Shown: positions 1-9,948 of the stretch, piece after piece | How positions within the stretch are numbered: the stretch's first letter is position 1 | Layout: the number at the start of each line of letters is the position of its first letter | Assembly (NCBI GenBank): GCA_965214705.1 | Contig: OZ243972.1 | Location: 4,032,001 to 4,096,000 of the forward strand | Reading direction: 5' to 3' | Source of the DNA: Alphaproteobacteria bacterium | Lineage (GTDB): Bacteria > Pseudomonadota > Alphaproteobacteria > UBA828 | Length of the DNA stretch: 64,000 nucleotides | Notes under the pieces: model-generated | What the model saw: the letters and a program-made list of their open reading frames with translations, nothing else | Told to the model about the DNA's origin: nothing | Database searches by the model: none | Position numbers and translations under genes: made by a program

Positions 1-96
1 GCCCGGTGCCTTCTTCGCCATCGCCCTAACCCCTTGTGCTAACGTCTTGATCTGAATATAGGGGTTCACGACCGTTCAGTCAGGTATATAATCCCC
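1..96. mobile_element. probable right end of an IS1595-family element inserted in the inner group II intron (rest outside window)
   Basis: 78-96 AGTCAGGTATATAATCCCC closely matches the right TIR of the IS1595 at 26830-26852 (AGTCACATATATAATCCCC); intron-like sequence follows from 97. Confidence 0.55.
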
Positions 97-249
97 AATG
101 GGAAAGGATGCGCGGCGAGCAATCGGACAACCGAATAGTACCTGAAGCCCGGCGAAAGCCGGGTGACCGCGCGAGCGGCGGCCGTGTGGGCCGGGGAAGG
201 CGGTTGGCAGAGGTGGTCGGCGAGAGACAGCGATGAGTGAGTAAGGACC

Positions 250-1560
250 ATGACGCGGACAAGTTCCTTGAGCGAAAGACCCGGACATCATGGCCCGAGG
301 AGACTCATCGACTGGATCAACCCGGCGGGTGACAGGAAGGTCCACTCACTGGTGGACAAGGTGTACAAGCGGAAGAACCTTGAGGTGGCCTGGGAAAAGG
401 TGAAGCGCAACCGGGGTGCCGGTGGCGTGGACGGAGAGGATTTAGCGGCGTTCGAGGCATCGCTGGATGCAAATCTCGATCGCCTGCACCGGGAGTTGCG
501 GGACGGTGAGTATCACCCGCAGCCGGTTCTCCAATGCCTGATCCCCAAGGCGGGCCAGCCGGGGAAGTTCCGCCCGCTCGGCATCCCGACAATCTACGAC
601 CGGGTGTGCCAGCAGGCGCTGCTGAACCGGCTGGAACCGATCTTCGAGCCGGTGTTCGACGATGCCAACTACGGGTACCGGCAAGGAAGGTCTGCCCATG
701 GAGCGTTACGCAAGATATGGAGGGAACTGGACGAGGGCAACGAGTGGGTTCTCGATGCGGATTTGAAAGACTTTTTCGGGTCCGTGGACCACGAAAAGCT
801 CCTCGAACTCGTCAACCAGCGAGTCTCGGATGGCCGGGTATTAGGTCTGCTCAGGCAGATGCTCACGGCCGGGGTGGTGGCCGACGGTAAGAGGCTGCCG
901 ACCGAACAGGGCACTCCGCAGGGCGGCATCGTTTCACCGCTGCTCAGCAATATCTTGCTGACCCCGTTCGATTGGGAAATGCGTCGTCGCGGCTATCGAC
1001 TAACGCGATACGCCGATGATTGGCTGATCACGTGCCGCACACGCGGGGAAGCCCGCGCAGCACTGGAGACGGCCAGGCGGATTCTGGCAAAGCTGGGTGT
1101 GTCCCTCAACGCCGGGAAGACCCGCATTGTCCATGTCAGGCACGGGTTTGAGTTCCTCGGCTACAAGATCAAGCAGGGCGAGCGGCCTCTCCGGCTGTCG
1201 TCCTCCAAGATCAAGAGCGGGGTTCGCGGGGGAGCGCGCTACGCGGTTCCGCGTGAGAAATCCATCCGGCACTTCAAGGACCAGATTCGCCAGCGTACCC
1301 GGCGCAAGGCTCCTGTCAGCACGCAGGAGCTGATTGACGAGATCAACCCGATCATTCGGGGATGGGGCCAATACTATTGCAAGGCCCACGTCCGCGGGCT
1401 CTTCCACCAGCTTGACGGCTGGATCGTGCGGCGGCTCTGGTCGCATCGTCGCAAGCGCTGGCGCAACGCTGGCTGGAAACAGTTGCCGGAGCGCAAGCTG
1501 ATCGACGAATACGGGCTTGTTCGCCTGATCTCACTGGTTCCGTCCTTGAACCTTCGTTGA
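250..1560 (+). CDS. ltrA: group II intron reverse transcriptase/maturase, no endonuclease domain
   Basis: GAGGVDG, RPLGIPT, GTPQGG, RYADD, FEFLGY and domain X (INPIIRGWGQYY). Confidence 0.95.
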   Translation: MTRTSSLSERPGHHGPRRLIDWINPAGDRKVHSLVDKVYKRKNLEVAWEKVKRNRGAGGVDGEDLAAFEASLDANLDRLHRELRDGEYHPQPVLQCLIPKAGQPGKFRPLGIPTIYDRVCQQALLNRLEPIFEPVFDDANYGYRQGRSAHGALRKIWRELDEGNEWVLDADLKDFFGSVDHEKLLELVNQRVSDGRVLGLLRQMLTAGVVADGKRLPTEQGTPQGGIVSPLLSNILLTPFDWEMRRRGYRLTRYADDWLITCRTRGEARAALETARRILAKLGVSLNAGKTRIVHVRHGFEFLGYKIKQGERPLRLSSSKIKSGVRGGARYAVPREKSIRHFKDQIRQRTRRKAPVSTQELIDEINPIIRGWGQYYCKAHVRGLFHQLDGWIVRRLWSHRRKRWRNAGWKQLPERKLIDEYGLVRLISLVPSLNLR

Positions 1561-1571
1561 GACACCTTTGT

Positions 1572-1654
1572 GAAAGCGGCTTACGGGAAAACCGTACGGG
1601 CCGTTTGAGCGGCGGACGGAGGCTAGCCTCGCGGGGCGCCTCCTCCGACCCGAC
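1572..1654 (+). ncRNA. group II intron domains V and VI (inner intron)
   Basis: GAAAGCGGC-TTACGG-GAAA-ACCGTACGGGCCGTTT hairpin with AGC triad; DVI GGAGGC...GCCTCC; ends in AC. Confidence 0.85.
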
Positions 1655-1822
1655 AGCGATGAAGCCGGCGAACAATGGGGCACCTGCCCCGGCGGAGCCG
1701 GTGGAGCCAAGGGCCGAGCCCAAGGGGAATCTGGAAGGCCAAAGCACGCGCCGGACGCAGGACCGGGAGAGCGTGTCACAAGCGGCTGACCGGATACGGC
1801 AGTTTGTACAAAGGGAACCTGG

Positions 1823-3852
1823 CCCATCTGGGATTATGGCACTACGTTTGTGCGCTCATCGCGACACTCCCGGGAGCACCGCCCGGCGCCTGTGGGGATC
1901 CACCGTGAGGCCCGCCGCCTGCGCGATGACGCGCGCCTCGGCGTCGGGTTGAGCATCCTGGCGGATGACGATGCGGTTTCCGTCCACCTCCCGGATGGTG
2001 GAGGTGAGACGCACCCAGCCCGCGAGCTTGTCGCGGATCGTACTCCAGCGGTCATGCAAGCCGTGCGCCGCCAGACGGGTTCGCAGCAGATGAACCGCGT
2101 GGTAGGCGAGGACGGCGATGAACAGGTGGGCGGCGATGCGCGAGGTCTTGGAGTGCCAGACCGGGCGCAGGCCGATTTCGGATTTCAGGCTGCGGAAGGT
2201 GGCCTCGAGCTCTGTGAGCTTCCAGTAGGTTCGGACCACGGTTTCAAGATCCCACTCGACGTGGCTGGTGCGCAGCACATAGATGCCCGCTTGGCGGTCG
2301 CGCTCGGCATGGAGAGCGTTGCGCCTCCAGCGGACCGCACTGGCCCGCCCCTTCTCTCCGGGCTCGACCTCGATGTCGTACTGACGGTGGACGCGCCTGT
2401 ACCTTTCCTTCAGCCGGCCCAGCTTCTCCATCACCTTGGTGAACTGCTTGATGTGGTTCTTCTTCGACAGCCCGCCATGCAGGGCGCGCAGGGCGTCCTC
2501 GAAGTTGTGACGCTGACGGGCGAGCACGGCCTCGTCCTTCTGCTGGCGCTCATGGCTCCAGACGCACAGGTGCGCTTCGTCGTCCCCTGCCGCGAGACGC
2601 CAGGCGCGGGCATCGTGGCCGGCCCGGGTTTCGAAGGCGGCATCGGCTTCGCGCCCGGGCGGCGCCGAGACGCCGCGGCGAACGGTGATCCAGTGATAGC
2701 CGCCCGCCCGCAGCCAGGCGAGGTTGGCCTCGGTGGAGATGCCGGCGTCCATGATGACCGTGGGCCTGGGGGCGTTGCTGCCGCGCGCTTGGCATTCCAG
2801 CCGCCCGATGGCGTCGGCGAGAGTGGCCGGCTCGGAGATGTTGCCGGGCAGGATCTCGCTGTGCTGCGGAAAGCCGGCCTGGTTCAGCGACAGGGCCAGG
2901 GTCACGATCGGACAATCGTCACGCCTCTGCTTCGAGCGCCCGAAGCGGGCCAGCGCGGAGCTGGGCCGTCCGGTCATATGGGTGTTGGTCAGGTCGAAGA
3001 AGACGATGGTGTCGGGGATGCCGAAGAGATCGCGCTCCCGGGCGCACAGCGCCTCTTCAAGCGCCGCGCGGTGACGCCACAAGAGGTCGCCGATGCGGTA
3101 GAGCTTGCTGAGCGTGAGCGACTTGCCGCTGTCGACATCGAGCAACTCCAGGGTCGCGCTGTTCGCGCTCAGCCAGCGGAAGGCCTCGCGCTCGCTGGAG
3201 GGATGGATCATGCGCGCGACCACCAGTGCCGCCGCGATGCGTGCGTCGCGCTCACTTGCGCCCAGCCTCTCCAGCGTCTCGATGAAGCGAAGGTCGTCAA
3301 GCGCGGCGAGAGCCAGGCGCTCGCAGCCCACCGAGCGGACCTGTTCGTGGGAGAGGCTATCGAGACGGACCGTGGCCAGGTCGCTCTCGTCCCCGGGCCG
3401 CGACGCGCCGAGATCGCGGGCGTGAAGCCGCCGTACGACGTCCTCGGCGACGGGGCGCAAGGCGGCATCCGGCTCCAGCAGCGGCTCGCTGCCGGCGAGA
3501 AGGGTTTCGATCAGAAGCGCCAATTCGCGCCATTGCTCCTCGGGCACACCGAAGTCGGCGCCGAGATTGAGGAGCGTGACCTGGCGCACCCTTCCGCCGA
3601 TGCGTTCGCTGCGCACGAGGCGGTAGGTGGCATAGCGCTCGCCACCGTCTCCGCGACCGGTGAGGGTTTTGCGAATGAACATGGCGGCAGGGTCACGGAC
3701 AGTTTGCGGACTGTCAAGGAGCGCCGGCCCACAGACCAAAGATTATGGCACTACAATGGACTTCCCAAAACACAATCCAACAAAATCAGTGCCTTAGATC
3801 CCAAAGGCTACCCAAAATCAGGCCTTCGGGACCGAAAAGTGGCAAAGATGGG
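1823..3852 (-). mobile_element. IS1634-family element #1
   Basis: Ends CCCATCT/AGATGGG; 4-bp target duplication CTGG (1819-1822, 3853-3856). Confidence 0.9.
1856..3682 (-). CDS. IS1634-family DDE transposase
   Basis: FFDLTN, FGRSKQRRDDCP, VIMDAG, EATFRSLKSEIGLRPVWH. Confidence 0.9.
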   Translation of the reverse strand: MFIRKTLTGRGDGGERYATYRLVRSERIGGRVRQVTLLNLGADFGVPEEQWRELALLIETLLAGSEPLLEPDAALRPVAEDVVRRLHARDLGASRPGDESDLATVRLDSLSHEQVRSVGCERLALAALDDLRFIETLERLGASERDARIAAALVVARMIHPSSEREAFRWLSANSATLELLDVDSGKSLTLSKLYRIGDLLWRHRAALEEALCARERDLFGIPDTIVFFDLTNTHMTGRPSSALARFGRSKQRRDDCPIVTLALSLNQAGFPQHSEILPGNISEPATLADAIGRLECQARGSNAPRPTVIMDAGISTEANLAWLRAGGYHWITVRRGVSAPPGREADAAFETRAGHDARAWRLAAGDDEAHLCVWSHERQQKDEAVLARQRHNFEDALRALHGGLSKKNHIKQFTKVMEKLGRLKERYRRVHRQYDIEVEPGEKGRASAVRWRRNALHAERDRQAGIYVLRTSHVEWDLETVVRTYWKLTELEATFRSLKSEIGLRPVWHSKTSRIAAHLFIAVLAYHAVHLLRTRLAAHGLHDRWSTIRDKLAGWVRLTSTIREVDGNRIVIRQDAQPDAEARVIAQAAGLTVDPHRRRAVLPGVSR

Positions 3853-5137
3853 CTGGGGTGCGTCTCACGACGCTCCTCCATCACGTCACGGTCGCTGCGC
3901 TGCGCTGGGCGTTCTTCGAGTTGAAGAAGGACGCTGCGGCGGGTGTCGATGGCCTGACGTGGCGGATGTACAAGGAAGGGCTGGAAGGCCGTCTCGCCGA
4001 CCTGCACGACCGAGTGCACTCGGGGGCGTACCGGGCGACGCCATCACGGCGGGTGAACATCCCGAAGCCGGATGGCGGCACACGACCGCTCGGCGTCGCG
4101 GCCATAGAGGACAAGATCGTCCAGAAGGCTGTGGCGGAGATAATCCTGACGCCGATCTACGAGGCGGAGTTTCTGGGGTTTAGCTACGGGTTCCGACCCG
4201 AGCGTGGGGCGCACAATGCGCTCGATGCGCTGGCGGTCGGGATCGAAAGGCGCAAGATCAACTGGATAGTGGACTGTGACATCCGCAAGTTTTTCGACAC
4301 GGTTTCGAGGGACTGGCTGGTCCGGTTTCTAGAGCACCGGATAGGGGACAGGCGGGTTATCAGGCTGATTATCAAGTGGTTGAACGCTGGCGTCATGGAA
4401 GCTGGAGAGTGGCGTGACGACCTGCGGGGAACTCCGCAGGGTTCGGTGATTTCGCCGATCTTGGCGAACGTTTATCTGCACTACGTCCTCGATCTTTGGT
4501 TCCAGAAGAAGTGGCGCAGCCACGAGGTCAACGGCGACTCGATCATCGTTCGCTACGCCGACGACTCTGTGGTGGGTTTTCAGCACGAGCAGGACGCGGA
4601 GTGCTTTCTGGAGGCCGTAAAGGAGCGGCTCGGACGCTTCGACCTGGAACTGCATCCCGACAAGACCCGGCTCATCGAGTTCGGGCGGCACGCCATAGAG
4701 CGCCGCCAAGGCCGAGGGCAGGGTAGACCGGAGACCTTCGATTTTCTGGGCTTCACACACTACTGCGCGAAGACCAGACGGGGGTACTTCATGCTGGGGC
4801 GCAGGCCGATGGCGAAGAGGATGGCCCGCACCCTGAAGCGGATCAAAGAGGTGCTACGCAGGCGGATGCATGACAACATCGAGGATACGGCCAGGTGGCT
4901 GGGCAAAGTGGTGGACGGATGGCTGAACTACTATGCCGTCCCGACCAGCAGCCGGTACTTACAACGCTTCCTCGTCCGCCTAAAGCGGGTGTGGCTCGCC
5001 ATTATACGCCGCAGATCGCAAAAGGACCGATTTACATGGGCCGACATCGACAAACTTAAAGCTCGACACTGGCCCAAGCTGAGAATCCGACACCCGTGGC
5101 CGGATCAACGACTAGCCGTCAGTTCGACCTGAGGGAG

Positions 5138-5209
5138 GAGCCGGATGCCTTAGCGGGCACGTCCGGATCTGCGCGGGGGGAGCGGGGCAACCCGCTTCCC
5201 TACCGCGAT
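5138..5209 (+). ncRNA. group II intron domains V and VI (outer intron)
   Basis: GAGCCGGATGCCTTAGCGGGCACGTCCGGATCT DV followed by GAGCGGG-GCAA-CCCGCTTC DVI; ends in AT. Confidence 0.85.
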
Positions 5210-5388
5210 TGCTCGCGCCCGCAGCCCTCGCAGGCGTACATGTGGCCGCCGAGCACGGCGGTGCGGCACGCCTCGATGGCGCCCATGACCTTGAGCCGGG
5301 CGGCGTCGATGCGCCCTTTGTGGCGCTCACGGAAAGCGGCGCCGGCGCGGCGGAAGATCTCCGCCACGCCCGCGCGTTCGGCCTCCAC
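5210..5388 (-). pseudogene. 5' fragment of IS91-like transposase, interrupted by group II intron
   Basis: MEAERAGVAE...CRTAVLGGHMYACEGCGRE, same as the N-terminus of 48333-49574. Confidence 0.9.
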
Positions 5389-5394
5389 GCGCCG

Positions 5395-6273
5395 TCAGTT
5401 GCGCAACGCTGCGAAGCCTGAGATCGGGTGGTCGAGGCCCTCGAACATCTTGCCGGTGACGCGGGCGTAGTGACGGGTCGTGTTCGCGCTTCGATGGCCG
5501 AGCATGTCCCGGATCACCTCGATATCGCCGCCGCGCTCGAGGAGATGGGTCGCCGCCGAATGGCGCAGGCAATGGAAGGTGTAGCTGCGGTCGAGCTCGG
5601 CAATGTCGCGCGCCCTCCTGAAGGCGGCCTGCAAGGTCTCCGTTGCGATGGGCCTGTCGAGCGAGACGCCGTAGAAGAGCCAGCTCGTCGGACGCGGCCA
5701 GATGTTCCTGTAGTAGACGCGCAAGTAGTGGATGACGATGTCCGGCAACGGTGCCATTCTCTCGGTGCCGCCTTTGCCGGAGGGGATGTGCAGCAGCTTC
5801 TTCTCCGACAGGATGTCGCCGACCTTGATGGCCAAGGTCTCGGAGATGCGGAGCCCGCCGCCATAGCCGGTGACAATGGCAGCACGGTGGCGGAGGTCGG
5901 GTGTCGCAAGGATGAGGTGCTCGACCTCCTGCTCCGACATGTAGCGCGGCAGCTTGCCGGGCTTCTTGCGGGAGCGCAGGCCGGCGACATGGTCAGGCCA
6001 GCCGAGTGTGTCGATGTAGAGGAAGTTCAGCGCGGCGAAGGAGACGTTGGTCGTGCCCGGACTGAGCCCCTTGTCGATCCGCCCCAGGTACCACTGGCGC
6101 ACCTGCTCGGCGTCGAGCTCGTCCGGCGAGGCGTCGTAGTACCTGGCCAGGTTCTTGATCTCGCAGATGTAGGCCTTGGACGTGCTCGCGGCCAGATTGG
6201 CGATGCGGAGCTGCTCCTCCATGCGCTGGCGAAGAGGGGTGACGGTGTTCGTGTCGCACGCGGTCCCGGTCAT
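5395..6273 (-). CDS. tyrosine recombinase/integrase partner of the IS91-like transposase
   Basis: GLRISE, GKGG, HCLRHSAATHLLE, LGH...TRHY; GGAG RBS before ATG at 6273. Confidence 0.9.
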   Translation of the reverse strand: MTGTACDTNTVTPLRQRMEEQLRIANLAASTSKAYICEIKNLARYYDASPDELDAEQVRQWYLGRIDKGLSPGTTNVSFAALNFLYIDTLGWPDHVAGLRSRKKPGKLPRYMSEQEVEHLILATPDLRHRAAIVTGYGGGLRISETLAIKVGDILSEKKLLHIPSGKGGTERMAPLPDIVIHYLRVYYRNIWPRPTSWLFYGVSLDRPIATETLQAAFRRARDIAELDRSYTFHCLRHSAATHLLERGGDIEVIRDMLGHRSANTTRHYARVTGKMFEGLDHPISGFAALRN

Positions 6274-6669
6274 TATCGATCTCCCTGGATCGCGACGGCG
6301 CGCCGCCGGACCGATCCGGCGACGGTCCGTCGCAGGGGTCGATGCTAACCACTGGTGATCGGGAGGCTGCTGGGGATCCGCCACCCGACGGGCGGAGCGC
6401 CACTGACGCAACCGGGAAGCGAACGCACAGAACAAACGGCACCCGCGACGCCTCGGAAATGAATGAACTCTACGCCGCTAACTCCGCGTAGCGGCTTCGT
6501 TCAAGAGCCGCCGGCCCCATGGCGCATGAGCGAGGCCTGCCGTCGTCGGCTCTCCGGCCCGCAACGGTTGGACGGAGAAATCTTGGTTGGCATTACGGTG
6601 TTCTGCCTTGGTGCCGGCACGCCGGCGTGCTGCCCGACCGTTCCAGGCACGTGATCGGAGACCGGCAGC

Positions 6670-7012
6670 ACGGCGACTTCCAAGTCCAGAAAGACCACCG
6701 CGCTCAAGGAGGCGATGACCAAGACGCAACTGGTGGCCTCGCTCTCCGAATCGACGGGGCTCTCGAAGTAAGGAGGTGTCGGCGGTTCTCGACGAGCTCG
6801 GGATCGTCATCGACCGCCACGTCAGGAAGCGCGCCGTCGGCACCTTCACCCTTCCCGGCCTGCTGAGGCTCAGGCGTGTGCGCAAGCCTGCCAGAATGGC
6901 GCAGACGATGATCTCGTCGCGCACGGGTGAAGAGATTGAGGTTCCTGTGAAGCCGGCCTCGACGGGGGTGAAGCTTCAGCCGCACGCGGGCCTCAAGCGG
7001 ATGATCGAATAG
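6670..7012 (+). pseudogene. HU-family DNA-binding protein, frameshifted
   Basis: MTKTQLVASLSESTGLSK, one extra T at ~6769, then KEVSAVLDEL...FTLPGL...RTGEEI...KPAS...VKLQP; probable start mutated to ACG. Confidence 0.75.
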
Positions 7013-7755
7013 GCCACTCTCTTGTGCCTTGTCTGGATCGGCATTCACGTGGCGAATGCACACCTCCGCAGCGCTTATCGCGCCGACGCTCGTAGGTGGT
7101 GCTTCCGACCCGAGGCGTCTTGCGTGAGCCTGGATCAGCGTCCCCCTGCTTCAGACTAGTTCAATATCCCTCTCCTCAGGGCCGCGGGCTCCGTGCTCCA
7201 CAATGACGCATGCCCGCTGGCCCGGCTCAAGCGCGCTCGCTGGCGGCGGATACGCGCTCGTATGGTTGCGCGGCCGCTGGCGGCTGAGTGATCGTTGGCA
7301 CGGGTGGTGGGCGCGCAGCTTTTTCGCGAGGCCAGGATTCCTTCTGGCCACGAGGTCGCGAATTGATTCAACTCCCGCGCATGCCGATTCGCCCGCGTGT
7401 TGCCCTGCCGCCGACAGCTCACCGTCGCCGGTGGTGGTTTCAGTAACACCGGCGGAGCTGCAGGAGCAGCTCGAGAAGGAACGCGACACACTCCAGGCGA
7501 CGGGAGCGGTACTGCGGAAGGCCGGGGCAGCACGCCGCAGAGGGGACACGGTTCAGGTCGAGCGTTCAGCATCCCATCTCCCTCATGAACCGGAAGCAGC
7601 CAAGTTTGGCTGGATTCTGGAGTGCGGAATGGCCGATCATACCGACTGCGGCGGCAAAATAGCGATGAGCCACACTTCGTTCACTCACGACCGCGACTTC
7701 CCGGCGCCGAACTCCGGCGTTGTGGGGATCAATCGGCCGCAGGAAGTATAGCGTC

Positions 7756-9108
7756 ATGACGATTCCGACCCGAGCCACCTACCTGATCATTGGTGCCGGC
7801 ATCCACGGCCTGAGCACCGCTTGGCATCTGGGTGAGGCCCTCATCGCGCGCGGTCAGACGCCATGCAGCAAGGACAGCGCGGCCGACATTCTCGTTCTCG
7901 ACAAGACTGGAATCGCAGCCGGCGCGAGCGGCATCGCATGCGGTGTCGTGCGCAACAACTACGCCCAGTCAGCAATGCGGGAGTTGATGGCCCACAGTGT
8001 CGCCATTTGGGAAAGCGACCCCCAAGCATTCAGCTATCATCCGGTGGGCTACATGCAGATCAGCCCAGAAGCCATGTTCGAGGACGTCGCCACGATTGCA
8101 CAGGAGCAGACGGCCATTGGATACGAGTCAACCTTCATCGAGGGCGTCGCGCACAGCAACACGTACATGAAGGAGCTGTTCAGCGATTGGCAGGCGGAAG
8201 GCATCACATCGGTGCTGCACGAGAAAAAGGGCGGCTACGCCAACAATGCAGCCGCCATCTACGGTCTCGCCGGAAAGGCTGAAGCCGTCGGCACGCGGAT
8301 TCTCTCCGGTACCACAGTCACGGGCTTCCGAGTGAATGGGGGTGCGGTGGCGGCGGTGGAGACCGACCGCGGCGTAATCCACGCCGAACAGGTCATCGTC
8401 GCGGCCGGGCCCTGGGTCAAGACCATCTGGGACATGCTCGAGCTGCCGACCACCATTGCCGTCAAGGGGTCCGACGGCGTGATGCATAAGGACGTGCCCA
8501 TGTGGGTCTACTGGAGTCTCCAGGAAGGGACTCTCGGCGTTCCCCCCGGCCTGCAGAAGACTAACGACGGCGGCGCCCCGCCGGTGATTCACCTGGATAC
8601 GGACGCGCCCCTCATCTCGGACGTCGACGGCTCGTTGATCACCGAAGAGAGGTGGGGCATCTATTACAAGCCGGACCTCAATTTCGGCGGCATCCAGGGC
8701 GGGGCAATGCCGTACAAGATTGAGGCGAACCCAGAGGATGTCGCTGTCGATCCCTACGGTCCCGAGTCCCCGGATTTCGTGGTCGGCGATGATTTCGCCC
8801 ACATGTGGTGTTCCGCGCTGGCCTTTTGCCAGTCCCGCTTTTCCGGGCAAATCTCGAAGTACAAGAAGGAACCTTCTGGGGGTATCGGCTGCTTTTCGCC
8901 CGACAGCTTCCCCATCTTCGACCGCTTCCGTGACAATGTATACGTCATCGCCGATTCCAATCACGGCTTCAAGATGATCGGCGTCGGTGCCTTGGCGGCG
9001 GGTGAACTGCTTGGAACCCCCAGTGAGCTGCTGGAACCCTTCCGCATGTCGCGGTATGCCGAGGGACGGCAGCTTCTCGTGTCAAACAGCCCGTTTCCTT
9101 GGAGTTGA
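7756..9108 (+). CDS. FAD-dependent oxidoreductase of the DAO/sarcosine-oxidase-beta fold (N-methylglutamate dehydrogenase subunit A-like)
   Basis: IIGAGIHGLSTAWHL FAD motif, DSNHGFKM, C-terminal SNSPFPWS; substrate assignment is recall, not verified. Confidence 0.8.
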   Translation: MTIPTRATYLIIGAGIHGLSTAWHLGEALIARGQTPCSKDSAADILVLDKTGIAAGASGIACGVVRNNYAQSAMRELMAHSVAIWESDPQAFSYHPVGYMQISPEAMFEDVATIAQEQTAIGYESTFIEGVAHSNTYMKELFSDWQAEGITSVLHEKKGGYANNAAAIYGLAGKAEAVGTRILSGTTVTGFRVNGGAVAAVETDRGVIHAEQVIVAAGPWVKTIWDMLELPTTIAVKGSDGVMHKDVPMWVYWSLQEGTLGVPPGLQKTNDGGAPPVIHLDTDAPLISDVDGSLITEERWGIYYKPDLNFGGIQGGAMPYKIEANPEDVAVDPYGPESPDFVVGDDFAHMWCSALAFCQSRFSGQISKYKKEPSGGIGCFSPDSFPIFDRFRDNVYVIADSNHGFKMIGVGALAAGELLGTPSELLEPFRMSRYAEGRQLLVSNSPFPWS

Positions 9109-9189
9109 CCGTGGCTTTCGGATGCCGATATGCATCGCATCCACTTTGCGAAGGACGCTTCACCAACGGTATCCCGGTTGCGACGACCT

Positions 9190-9590
9190 CTACCTGAGCC
9201 GGTATTGTGAAAACAGCCGGTCCGCGATGACTATGGCCTGCCACACTGCCACGCCGCTCGGACGAAGCCGGTTGCGGAGCGTAGAGAAATACACCGGCCA
9301 GTAGGTCTCGCCCACGGACTCGATCATCTCGACCGATGCGATGGCGTCGTAAGTTCCGCCTTCGTCGCGGCGGTCGTGGAGCACAGTCTCCGCCCGCTCG
9401 GCCGCCCGGCCTCGAGCAGGTGGCGACGCGCATACGCAAACTGTTCGCGCGAATTCATTATCGCCTTCGCGCTGAGGCCGCGCTCACGCCCGGCCTATTC
9501 GGCGTAGCCGCCCGAGCCGCTGCCAATCCCGAGGATCCGCGCGCCTGGCGCCTCGGCGAGACGGTCGCAGATCGACGCTTCGGAGGAGTG
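9190..9590 (-). pseudogene. cfa: cyclopropane-fatty-acyl-phospholipid synthase remnant
   Basis: YDAIASVEMIESVGETYWPVYFSTLRNRLRPSG plus a degenerate SAM motif (PGARILGIGSGSGGYAE*) in another frame. Confidence 0.7.
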
Positions 9591-9948
9591 ACCTTCTGGG
9601 GCTCGCCCTGGCAACCATGGTTCTTCGACCCAAGTTGATACATGACCGCACCCGATCACACGCCAGTGTAGGGCGAACCGCCCCAGCACGAGCCAGCCGC
9701 AGAAGGGCACACGGTCTTACTTCTTTGGGATGACCGCGACATGCTCGGACGCCTTCGCGATGACCGTTCTGAAGGTTGACTAGGGTTGGTTGGCGCTGAT
9801 CCTCCGGGCCCACGATCCTCCGGATCGCGAGTAACCTGCGTATTCTGGCCGTGCCGGTCGCCAACGAACAGCAGTTCGGTGCGCCTGCTGCCGTCAAGCG
9901 CTTCGACGAATGCCTTGCTGGGAGGCCGAGGTGGCGGGTACTAGGAAC

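Larger units (their letters stand above)
97..1654 (+). mobile_element. group II intron (inner intron of a twintron; 5' end outside window)
   Basis: DII/DIII-like sequence at ~120-210 (TCGGAC...ATAGTACCTGAAG), RT ORF, then DV and DVI ending ...CCCGAC at 1654. Confidence 0.85.
1773..5132 (+). pseudogene. ltrA: group II intron RT/maturase interrupted near codon 17 by IS1634
   Basis: Removing 1823-3852 and one CTGG restores MSQAADRIRQFVQREPGVRLTTLLHHVT in frame; GTPQG and RYADD motifs downstream. Confidence 0.9.
1655..5209 (+). mobile_element. outer group II intron (class E-like), 3' part, inserted antisense in an IS91-like transposase gene
   Basis: 1655 AGCGATGAAGCCGGCGAAC is DIII/DIV-like; RT ORF; DV/DVI end ...CCGCGAT at 5209; from 5210 the sequence equals the IS91-like tnp at 49396 onward. 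Confidence 0.85.
5210..6505 (-). mobile_element. IS91-like transposase + tyrosine integrase element, copy A (upstream part; remainder beyond the twintron, outside window)
   Basis: Near-identical to 49396-50691; identity ends at ...CGTTCAAG. Confidence 0.85.

Noticed and set aside
1850-4183. 777-aa plus-strand ORF (likewise 17239-19743 and 31709-33829)
   Set aside because: Antisense shadows of GC-rich IS1634 transposases; they cross element boundaries and have no motifs.
250-5132. RTs as retron, DGR or defence RTs
   Set aside because: Both have domain X and are followed by canonical DV/DVI, so they are group II intron proteins.
7151-7751. Several overlapping 130-180-aa ORFs
   Set aside because: No recognisable motif or RBS; cannot support a gene call.
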